Positions 12,359 through 23,017 of a stretch of 64,000 bases of DNA are shown here, one piece after another (position 1 is the stretch's first letter; each line of letters begins with the position of its first letter). The notes below the pieces were generated by a model. It saw only the letters and a program-made list of their open reading frames with translations, searched no databases and was not told the DNA's origin. Where the stretch lies: assembly GCF_006345805.1 (NCBI RefSeq), contig NC_043004.1:41044001-41108000 (forward strand). Direction: 5' to 3'. The position numbers and the translations under genes were made by a program. The stretch comes from Octopus sinensis. Lineage: Eukaryota.

Positions 12359-13371
12359 ACATACCTCGACCGTGTCCTTGCCCCCCTAGTGGCGTCTCTT
12401 CCCTCCCACATCCACGACACCAACCATGCTCTCCGGCTTTTCAACTCTTTCTCCTTTCCTCCCGGCTCCTCCAAAATACTTTTTACTATGGACATCCAGA
12501 GCCTCTATACCGTCATCCCTCACCACGAAGGACTGCGGGCCCTTCAACACTTTCTCGACCTCTGCCTCAACCCCGAACCCGACACCTCCACACTCATTCG
12601 TCTGGCCGAACTTGTCCTTTCTCTCAACTGCTTCTCGTTCGCGGGTGAGTTCTACCAACAGATCTCGGGAGTGGCCATGGGAACGCGAATGGGCCCCAAC
12701 TATGCGAACCTGTTTGTTGGCTATGTTGAGCCCCAAATATTCTCTAATTTCACTGGTCCCACTACCGAACAATACGGTCGTTACATTGATGACATTATCG
12801 GTGCCACCTCACTCTCCCGTGAACATCTAGATTCCTTCCTCTCTTTCGTTCAATCCTTCCATCCTGCCCTCCACTATCTCCTACATCTCTGTCTCCTTCC
12901 TTGACATTTCGGTCAGCATTCATCACTCCACTCTTACCACCTCCATTCACTACAAACACACAGACTCACACTCATACCTAAACTTCTCTTCCTCCCACCC
13001 CAAACACACCAAGCTTTCCATCCCCTATCCCTCCGTCTAAGTAGGCTCTGTAGTGACGACCATGACTTTGAGACTCAGTCTCAACTCGTGGCTTGCCACT
13101 TCATCCTACGTGGATACCCCCTCACCACTATCCACACCGCCCTTGCCAGAGCACGTTCCGTAGACCGTGCATCTACTCTCTCCCCCCGAACATGCCCTGT
13201 AGTCTCCCGTCTCCCCTCACTTTCCACCCCACCACCCTACCTCTCCAACGCACCATTCTTAGAGCTTTCCGGCATCTCCAGTCCGACCCGTCCACATCAC
13301 ACCTCTTCCCTAACCGTGCCCTCCCCTCCTTCAAACGAGCCCATAACCTACGAGACCAATCTGGACAAGCT
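12359..13371 (+). mobile_element. PLE-1 RT fragment, copy 3
   Basis: Near-identical to copy 1 (offset ~5168 bp); lacks the 9-bp deletion. Confidence 0.85.
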
Positions 13372-13835
13372 GAGGAATCTGTGCCACAGAGAGCTGTATT
13401 CAAATATGAATGGAGGCACCCGAGCAAAGCGCCGGAGGGTCACGAGAAAGAGAAGGGGCCCGTCTGCGTGAAAATAGGGGAGGAAGTCTGGGTTAAGCCA
13501 CCAAAGGCGCGCTGTACGTCTCAATGGAGCAGAGGAACGGTGACGGCGGTCAATTCCAGAAACAACGTCTCCATGGATGGAATGCCACGACAAGTCTTGG
13601 ACCTTGGCAGGATTGTCGCTTCGACAGACGACGATTACTGCAGTCGAAGATCACTAGAACAGACAGGCCTGCTGCACTGGGGTGTGGAGGTGGGGTGATG
13701 ACTGTTGCCAAGAAGGAGATCGCCCCCACGGATAGACATTTCAATGTCAGTGGCTAGAGTACCCCACTGTCAGGGTGACCATCCCGTCAACAAAAATCAA
13801 TTTACAGATCTCCTTCTGTACCAGTTGCTCCTTTT
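13370..13835 (+). mobile_element. Gypsy integrase tail (13370-13637) fused to Helentron EEP fragment (13635-13835)
   Basis: The first part matches 8187-8469 and the second matches 6115-6310; they are joined at a shared TTA. Confidence 0.75.
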
Positions 13836-13856
13836 CTGATACAGAAATATTACAGT

Positions 13857-14267
13857 ATGGTAGAAAAGGATGGGTCAAATATAAAAATGACTCTGCCACA
13901 GGAGGAAAAAGTTAAAATGGAAAAGAAGACCGTCATTTTCAGATCATTTTCAAATAAAAATAGACAAACTGAATACACACCGCAGGAAGAAATAGAAGAA
14001 ATTTTGGAAGAACAGATAGGAAACAGCATAATGTTCTTTACGAGAGGGAAGAGATATGCGTCGATGGTGGTAACCCTTGTATCAGAAGAGGAGGCGGAAA
14101 ATACCTCCAACAGGCTGATACAGGGAGAGAAATGGATTTTGATGCCAAACAGTTTGGACAAACGAATTGCCAGAATTAGGGTGGGAAGAATCCCACCATC
14201 GATAGAACCAGAGTGGATAATAGCGTCGATTTTTTATTCAGAGATGAGGAGAGGAGGGGAATGGTAA
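13857..14267 (+). pseudogene. ORF1-like repeat, copy 4
   Basis: 136-aa ORF near-identical to 6335-6745. Confidence 0.5.
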
Positions 14268-14716
14268 ACAAAATGGGAATGAAAGTCAATATACTGTGAA
14301 AAAACATTAAAAAATGGGCGTTTTTTCAGACAAATTGGCGAGATTTTCTAATTTTGGGCAATGGAAAATGAAAAAAATTCACCATGGGTATGGTAAAGAG
14401 GTATATTTCCTTCATTTCAGTGACATCTAGGGCGTTAATAGACAAATATTTCCAATGGTTACCTGTGTATCACAAATTTCCACTTTTAATCGCCTCAAGA
14501 CTCACCTTTACTTATAAAAAAAGCTGTTGCCCTAATGACAAGTGAAAATGTCATCCCCGTAGACCCAGGAACAATGTGGTACCATCAAACTAAAGTTGGA
14601 GGGAAGTGGGTGCAACCAACTCAATAAATAAGGCCCTTTTTGGATTTGGCCCACCGACTACATCTTTCAGCCCCAAAATGTTGAGCTGAAGCAATGACAA
14701 TTGACCAAGGTTAAAC

Positions 14717-16245
14717 ATACCTCGACCGTGTCCTTGCCCCCCTAGTGGCGTCTCTTCCCTCCCACATCCACGACACCAACCATGCTCTCCGGCTTTTCAA
14801 CTCTTTCTCCTTTCCTCCAAAATACTTTTTACTATGGACATCCAGAGCCTCTATACCGTCATCCTTCACCACAAAGGACTGCGGGCCCTTCAACACTTTC
14901 TCGACCTCTGCCTCAACCCCGAACCCGACACCTCCACACTCATTCGTCTGGCCGAACTTGTCCTTTCTCTCAACTGCTTCTCGTTCGCGGGCGAGTTCTA
15001 CCAACAGGTCTCGGGAGTGGCCATGGGAACGCGAATGGGCCCCAACTATGCGAACCTGTTTGTTGGCTATGTTGAGCCCCAAATATTCTCTAATTTCACT
15101 GGTCCCACTCCCGAACAATACGGTCGTTACATTGATGACATATCGGTGCCACCTCACTCTCCCGTGAACATCTAGATTCCTTCCTCTCTTTCGTTCAATC
15201 CTTCCATCCTGCCCTCCACTTCACCTCCACTATCTCCAACACCTCTGTCTCCTTCCTCGACATTTCGGTCAGCATTCATCACTCCACTCTTACCACCTCC
15301 ATTCACTACAAACACATAGACTCACACTCATACCTAAACTTCTCTTCCTCCCACCCCAAACACACCAAGCTTTCCATCCCCTATTCCTCTGTCTACGTAC
15401 ACTCTGTAGTGACGACCATGACTTTGAGACTCAGTCTCAACTCATGGCTCGCACTTCATCCTACGTGGATACCCCCTCACCACTAACCACACCGCCCTTG
15501 CCAGAGCACGTTCCGTAGACCGTGCATCTACTCTCTCCCCCCGAACCTGCCCTGTAGTCTCCCGCCTCCCTTTTCCCCTCACTTACCACCCCACGACCCT
15601 ACCTCTCCAATGCACCATTCTTAGAGCTTTCCGGCATCTCCAGTCCGATCCGCCCACATCACACATCTTCCCTAACTGACTCCTCCCCTCCTTCAAATGA
15701 GCCCATAACCTACGAGACCTCTTGGTCCATAGCTTCTTCCCTGACCCTACCTCCCAACCTGGCTTGTTCCCCTGCTCCCGCCCACGTTGCCGCACTTGCC
15801 CTTACCTCTCCAACACCACCCTCCTCACTGGCACCCATCATCGACCCTATCGCATCATCAACTCCTTCACCTGCACCTCCAGCTCTCTCTGCCATTCCCT
15901 GTACATCGCTTGGCTGACCGGTTCGCGAACACCTCCGTGACATTCGCCTTGCCAATGACACACCGGTCTCATGCCATTTCTGCTCCACCGGTCACTCCCT
16001 GCAACACCTGTCTGTGTTCGGATTGTCCCTGCACAGAGGCCATCCGGATTCCCGTTTTGCGCCTTAAACAGGGATTAATCTTCTCTCTTCGCTCTTTTAC
16101 GCCATTTGGTCTCAACTCTTCCCCCCTTTTCATCTAACCCACCCCAACTCCTACTTCTCTTCAGTCCTTCATCTTTTCACTCCTACTCTCTTCCCTCCTC
16201 TTCTCTTCTTCTTTCCTCTTTCTTCTCTCTGCTACCTCACTCCCT
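14717..16245 (+). mobile_element. PLE-1 copy 4: RT plus degenerate GIY-YIG endonuclease and pyrimidine-rich 3' end
   Basis: RT motifs as above, then PGLFPCSRPRCRTCPY...SFTCTSS...LYI and ...LKQGLIFSLRSFTPFGLNS, the typical PLE linker and GIY-YIG C-terminus. Confidence 0.85.
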
Positions 16246-18628
16246 TCCCTTTAATGGTGAAGGCGATGTAGTGGCCTGGATTCATAAAATCAGGCTGGTG
16301 GCAAGACTGCAAGGTATAAGCGATGTGGCAAGTCTTATGGCGCTGTATTTGGAAGGGAGCGCGTTGACACTATATCTTGAGATGGAGTAGGAAGAACGTC
16401 TGAGCGAGGAAAAGATAGAGCAACGTCTGAGGGATGCTTACACCGAGTGTGAGTATACAGCTTTTCCTAAGCTGGGTACGATTAAATGGACGGGAGGACA
16501 GGTGGACGACTACGTGGCAGAAGTTCAAAGGTTAGCGACGCTGGCTGGGTTTACGGAGAAGGGCTGGAGTGAGCAGCGCAACTGGCATTCGTAAATGGGT
16601 TCCCCGATGACGTAGGGATTCACCTACAACAATTGCCTGGGAGTAAAAAGATGGCACTGAGCGAACTTGTGACTCAAGCCCACGTGTTGATGCCACACTC
16701 CGGGTGGAAGGCGATAGCGATGGCGGTGACGGAGCTGCGTAAAGACAGCTGACGGCTGGAGAAAGACGTGCAGAAGTCTACCGTGCAACGACAGCAGCCG
16801 TTCTCAGGTCAGTGTTTTAGATGTCAGGGGTTGCACATGGTGAGGGAGTGTACGCAACCGGGGCCCGTTTGCTATCAATGCAGGCAGACAGAGCACATCG
16901 CACGTGATTGCGACCAGGGAAACGACCGCAGGGAAGTTGCTGCCTCTCGAACTTGCCCCGCAAACGAGTAGAGGTGCTTTTGGAGATGCTGCCATTAATT
17001 GATGTCGAGGCCAAGGGGAAGATGTTCAAGGCCCTCGTGGATACGGGCTGCAAGACCACCCGTGTGACTTCAAGAGTGACAAAGAAATGGAATGGGGCAA
17101 GTAGCGTCTGAGCTGTCGACGGCAGCGAAATCCATTGCAAAAGCAGCAGCAAGGTAGAGATAGTGGTGGGAGGCGCAACGCTAAGGCTGCAGGTAATTGT
17201 GGCTGAACGCGTGATAGATGGGGTTGATGTGGTGATGGGGATGGACACCATCAACTGCCTCGGTGGCGTCAGTATTGTGGGAGATGAGGTCACGTTCGGA
17301 AGCGTGGGGGCATGTGCACTGTGAGTCAGGATCGCCAGAGAGAGCAGAGCCCCGTGAGGGACTGCGCCACTTACACCATCGAGGACAAAGATTTTCAGGC
17401 GGCATTTGATGGTCAGCGGTGGACGATAGAGTGGCGATGGAAGAACGAGCCCCCGATGCTGAAAAACAGAGTGAGCTGCTACCAGCATACCCTGAAAGGC
17501 CACGCCAGGGTCGAGTTTGAAGACGAGGTGGAGAGGTGAATCGAGGAAGGGGTTCTTGTCTCTTGGGAGGAGGAGGTAGCGGGCGGAGTGATCACCGGTG
17601 TAAGGAGAGTTTGGATGAAAGGTGCTGCGGAGATGTTGGTGAAGCACCATCTAGGAGAATTGATCGCCGAGTTTGGACTGAAGCTGAACGTGGTTTTCGT
17701 GCCTTTGGAGAAAAACAGGGCGGACGCACTGACCAGGGTGAAATGGGTGTGGTTGGAGAAACTGGAGGAGGCCCGGAAAGGGATAGCTGTGGCGTGTCGG
17801 TTGGATGACTCTGAACTGAAGAGACTGCATGGTATGCATCACTTGGGTGTGGACAGGACCCTGTATCTGGCAAAGAAAATTGATGCTGACATCACAAGGA
17901 GAAGCATCCGGAAAGTGGTCGGGAGCTGCGACAGGTGTCAGTCCATTGACCTTGCTCCATGTGGGCATGAGCAAGGAAACCTTTCGGTGGAGCACAACTG
18001 GAAAAGGCTAGCTGTGGATGTGACGCACTACCACCAGGGAATGTATCTCTCCATGGTCAACTGCGGGCCGGGGCGGCTGGCCATGTGGAGGGAGTTGAGA
18101 ACAGGCATTGCTGACGAGATTGCGCAGATCTTGAACGGCATATTTTTAGAGAGAGGTCCCGTGGAAGAACTGCTAATGGACAACGGGGCGGCGCATTGAG
18201 GGATATGCTTAACCGGTGGAAGGTGTGTCACTTGTTCAGAGCAGCGTATAGGCCCAGCGGTAACGGGATCATAGAGAGGCATCATCGGACAGTCAAGGCC
18301 ATAGCGGAAAGAGGGCACATTTCGCCACTCGAAGCAGTTAGTTGGTACAACTTGTCTCCCCAATCCGGACAAGCTGAAGAATCTGTGCCGCAGAGAGCTG
18401 TATTTAAATATGAATGCAGGCACCCGAGTAAAGCGCTGGAGGGCCACGAAGAAGAGAAGGAACCTGCTTACGTGAAAATAGGGGAGGAAGTCTGGGTTAA
18501 GCCACCAAAGGCGCGCTGTATGTCTCAATGGAACAGAGGAACGGTGACAGCGGTCAATTCTAGAAACAACGGGAGAAGCAGCTGCTATTTCTAGTGTTTG
18601 GGTTGGGCTGTGTTGAAGGATCCATTAC
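16246..18628 (+). mobile_element. Internally deleted Ty3/Gypsy element: gag, zinc knuckles, protease, RT largely deleted, RNase H tail, integrase, LTR remnant
   Basis: CFRCQGLHMVREC and CYQCRQTEHIARDC knuckles; ALVDTGCKT protease; HHLGVDRT...CDRC, LAVDVTH, LMDNG and RPSGNGIIERHHRTVK integrase motifs. Contains stops and frameshifts. 18575-18628 is LTR interior. Confidence 0.88.
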
Positions 18629-18652
18629 CGCTATATATATATATATATATAT

Positions 18653-20660
18653 AGAAGACCAACACCTCGGATAAAACCACAAATGAGGACATACTCAAAG
18701 AACTGAAAAATATTAATACACAGCTTATTAACCTGAACAACAAAATCGAGGAATCAAACCTACTCGCCCGGGAAAGTAAAAGCAATGAAGATACAACTCG
18801 CTACACTGACCAGGCTAGTAAGGATTTGCAACTGTTATATACAACACTAAATTCAATTTTCATCAACAAATCCGAAAATAATAAACACGCACCAAATGAA
18901 ACACAGCAGGACATCATACACACCCAAATTAACCCAGCAAAAAGAAAAATAGGAAACATTTGGAATACAAACCTGCACAACAGAAAACTCGCCTTCTGGA
19001 ACATGATAAAAAATTCCAACAAAGCAGATATTTACGAGGGATGGATGAACTCAACACCAATTATCCTCCCACGCAAATTCCAGATAAAATTAATTCCTAA
19101 CGAGCCTGACGGACAGAGAACTATTAGGGAAAAGTCAGCTCTGTTCAATTTAAGATCAGAAATAGAGCTTCTAAGACTAAGGGCCTCCACAAATGAAGAA
19201 AAATTTAAAAGCATAGACGAGGAGATGCACAATATAATACAGAAACATACCGAGGGACAACCCCTCTAAAATACATTAGATCATTGGAAGGATACCTGTG
19301 AAAAAGAAGAGAGAAATTCTCTCCTGCGCTGGGAGAAAAACATGGACTTCTTCCAAAAATATAGTGCAACTTTCAAAAATGAATTGGGTACAAATAATCC
19401 CTTCCTTAAGAAAATTACAAAAAATAAAAAAGAAAAACCAAACAACCCCCAACTATCCTCCATACACTAAAAACAGAAATCACCCACAACCAACCTTTGC
19501 AAACCACGCAAGACCTAACAGGGAACTAGCTGACAGACGACGCGTCTATGAAATAAATTACACCAAAAACAGAACACACCAACAACATCCTAATACCAGA
19601 CCCAACCACCATACAGCACAAAACGACACTAGAATAAGAAATACACCACACACAAGTCACTACTACCCCATGAACCAAAATTACTGGTCCCCACTAAACA
19701 CAAGACAAACGCAAAAAAACACTATGTCAAGCAACATCCCACATACAAGCAATTCGAAACAAAAATATTTCCCATACAGAAATTTTACACACACCACAAA
19801 CAAAATCAACCATAGATTCCCACACACACACAACGATCGGGGGCAACAATACCACCACTCCCCCAACCAAATACCACACAACCTCACAGGCAACTCATAC
19901 AAACAAAATTACACCCAACATTTTTTAGCGAGGGACCAGGGACACCAGGACACAGGCTGGAACCTAGTAATAAGGAAAAAAAACAACACACCTTCCCCGA
20001 AAATACTACCTTACATATCCACATACAACCCCAGAAACAAAGAAGCCTTCACCATCATCACCCAGAATTTACCAACACTTCATAAAGACCCCAAATTAAA
20101 GGAAATTCTAAACATACACCAAATCATTAAAAGCTACAAACAGCCTAAATCACTTAAAAAGATTCTCACAAAGGCAAAATTGTCTTCTGAAATTACGGAT
20201 GCAAAAGTAAAACAAATGTGGTAGATCGAACTGTGCAACATGCCCTAACCTGCTAGAAGGATCAGAATTCCTCTTTAAAGAGGGACAGAAATTCAAGATC
20301 AAATCTAACTTTACTTGTGCCTCTGAAAACATAATTTATGTCATAAAATGCTCGGGCTGCCACCAAGACTACGTGGGTTCCACAGGACTATCACTCAGAT
20401 GTAGATGCACACTGCATTGACAACAAATTGCATTCCCAGAATATAGAATGATACCTTTTAGTGAGCACATTGAGAAATGCGCAAAGCAACTACTACCACA
20501 ATTTTTAATCTTTCCATTTTACCAATGTGCTTTCGGATCATCAACACAAATTAGACTAAACAAGGAAACATTCTTCATTGAAAAGTACAAGCCCAGACTC
20601 AACCATCCGAACATACTGATACAGAGAAATTCACACCAAGGGAAAGGAAAAAATTTTTAA
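18653..20660 (+). mobile_element. Second Penelope-like element (PLE-2): N-terminal region plus GIY-YIG endonuclease, RT absent
   Basis: C-terminus has YKQPKSLKKILTKAK...CGRSNCATC...FTCASENIIYVIKCSGCHQDYVGST...ETFFIEKYKPRLN. No RT motifs are seen. It starts after a (TA)n tract. Confidence 0.8.
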
Positions 20661-20769
20661 GCGATTATCTCCCTTACACCGGAAGAAATCACTCACTACC
20701 TTCCCTTATTTAGAACTCTCCTGAACTTAAACATAACGAAAACTCTATTCAACATAAACATAACGTCGC

Positions 20770-20809
20770 AAGAAATTTGAAAAGCTACACGCGAAACCGG
20801 TCTTTCTTT
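20770..20809 (+). ncRNA. Degenerate minimal hammerhead ribozyme candidate at the PLE-2 3' end
   Basis: aagaaat-ttgaaaa-gc tacac gc-gaaa-ccgg-tc-tttctt. GAAA, a palindromic CCGG stem III, a GUC site and stem I potential are present; the CUGANGA core carries two substitutions. Confidence 0.4.
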
Positions 20810-21203
20810 TAAATTATGTCATTATAAGAGAAAAAAATTTTTTTTTTTAATTTTCTAATATTCTTCAGACATATTGACGCAAATATATATATTTTTTAAC
20901 ATTTAAGCCTTCTGTAGTTTTTTCACTCTTGACTGTTTTTTATATATTCACCCACGTGCTTTCACAAACCAACTTTCTTATCTATATATATATATATTAA
21001 AACAAAACATTGGTCCTCCGAAAAAGAAAAATGAAATTCTACCACAACCACCGGGGTCACTGTTGCTACGGCCACAGTGAGAGAATTATAATAATGGAGG
21101 TGGGGCGAATTACAATTTCTCAGATCCTTAAACAGTCACTCACGCTGACAGTGATATGTCTTAGGGAAGGAAAAATTTATAAAAAGATCTCTTTCTCTGC
21201 GAG

Positions 21204-21490
21204 CAGATCTAATCCTGATTCGTCAAAACATTGATGACGTGTTACCTCAGTGGTCAAGCTATTGTCACCCTGCTTGGTCGGTTTCCTCACACGATACAGC
21301 TATGGGTCAGACCCGATTCTGATTTGTCAAAACATTGATGACGTCTTTCATCCGTGGTCAAACTACTCATTCTGCTGGACTAGCCACCTAACAGGATACA
21401 GTCATGGGTCAGATCTAATTTCGATACGTCAAAAAAATGATGACATGTTTCTTCCGTGGCTTGGTTGGTTTCCTAACAGGATACAGTTAG
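21204..21490. repeat. Three degenerate ~103-bp tandem units
   Basis: cagatctaat...cgtcaaaacattgatgacgt...gatacagctatgggt starts at 21204, 21308 and 21410. Confidence 0.75.
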
Positions 21491-21561
21491 GAGTCTTTTC
21501 ACTATATTCGTTGAGACTGGGTTTTGATTGGTTTGGAACTATATGACGCAAGTGAACAGTG

Positions 21562-21830
21562 CAATTATGAACTATTACATCATACTCTTTAAACATATAG
21601 CATGGACTCTCTTTATTATATATGAATTTTTTATATTTGACTATTGAATATTATATATGAATTTTTTATATTTGACTCTATTGAATATTATATATGAATT
21701 TTTTATATTTGACTCTATTGAATATTATATATGAATTTTTTATATTTGACTCTATTGAATATATGTCACAATTATGAACTATTACATCATACTCTTTAAA
21801 CATATAGCATGGACTCTCTTTATTATATAT
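21562..21830. repeat. ~37-bp AT-rich minisatellite (4 copies) flanked by a ~62-bp direct repeat
   Basis: tatatgaattttttatatttgactctattgaatatta x4. The flanking caattatgaactattac...ttattatatat occurs at 21562 and 21769. Confidence 0.85.
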
Positions 21831-21931
21831 AAAAAAATTTTTTTTGATAAGGTTCGTCATTTCAAGAACCGAAACATGTTAAATTAAAATTTGTCTAATA
21901 TAGCAGCATTTTCAAACTTCATTTTTTACAA

Positions 21932-21970
<39 letters not shown>

Positions 21971-23017
21971 TGTTTGTCCCCCTCACCACCACTTGACAAC
22001 CTTGTGTTGGTGTGTTTGTGCACCTGTGACTTAGTAGCTCAGCAAGAGATCAATAGAATAAGTACCACTTCTTAACGAAAGATTAAAAAGTCTCGGTTCG
22101 ATTCATTTGACTAAAAATTTAAGGCAGTGCCGACGTAAGACTGCTGTCTAATGAGTGAAACAAGTAAAAGATAGAAGCAATGAAGGTTTCTGCAAAATCT
22201 TAAGACAAGCTCATATTTAAACAATTGTACACAAACACACACTAGTATGCATATTCACATATACAGAAACTAGAAAATACAGGGAATTCACTAAAATCAT
22301 TCTCATAAGACTGTGGAGGTGACAGGAAACATAGCTGCCACACGATGATGATGATGATGTAGTGTAGAGGCAGGTTAAATGATTATTTTTTTTTTTTTCA
22401 AATGAAAATGTTGATTAGAACTATGTCAACCTTGATTGAACATACAGGATTTGAAAGTATCCCAGCCATGACTTCAGGGGTGGAGAAATGTGAGAGAGAA
22501 ATGTGTTTTGTATTTATGTAAATCAAGTGAAAATGTAGAGGTTTGTATACCTTCAAGAAATTATCCTCGTGGAAAGAAGGTAAAAAAAAGGAAAAAAAAA
22601 AAAAAAAAAAACTGTGGTTGCTCAACCTTCCAGAAAAATACCAACCAACACTTTTGGAAAATAAGGGTTATTGACAATAAACTATAATAGCAAATTGGAG
22701 GGAATGTAGAAAGAAGGAAAAAAAAAACAACAAATAAATAAATAAAATATCACAGCCTTTCATAAAAAAAACATGTTTAACATATTTCAACATTTTCATA
22801 GAAGTCTTCATTCATGAAGATGATAAGGTAGCGATAGAATATAGTTTTGATTGCAGTGATGGTGTGGTTTTCATGGTAAAAATGTAATGATAGTGTAGTT
22901 TTAGTGGTTTTTGATTGTTTTGGTATTAATGAAACTTGGGGATGGAGTTTCGGATCAGGATACCTATGTAAGTGGAATTTCTCCGTTTTGCCAGGTATTT
23001 TTCAGATTTGTTTTTAA

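Noticed and set aside
7191-18628. A functional autonomous hybrid retroelement (PLE RT + Gypsy gag/PR/IN)
   Set aside because: Every component carries stops, frameshifts or deletions, and there are no shared termini or TSD around the whole block.
21562-21830. Regularly spaced repeats as a possible CRISPR array
   Set aside because: The units are contiguous with no unique spacers, the context is eukaryotic, and there are no cas genes.
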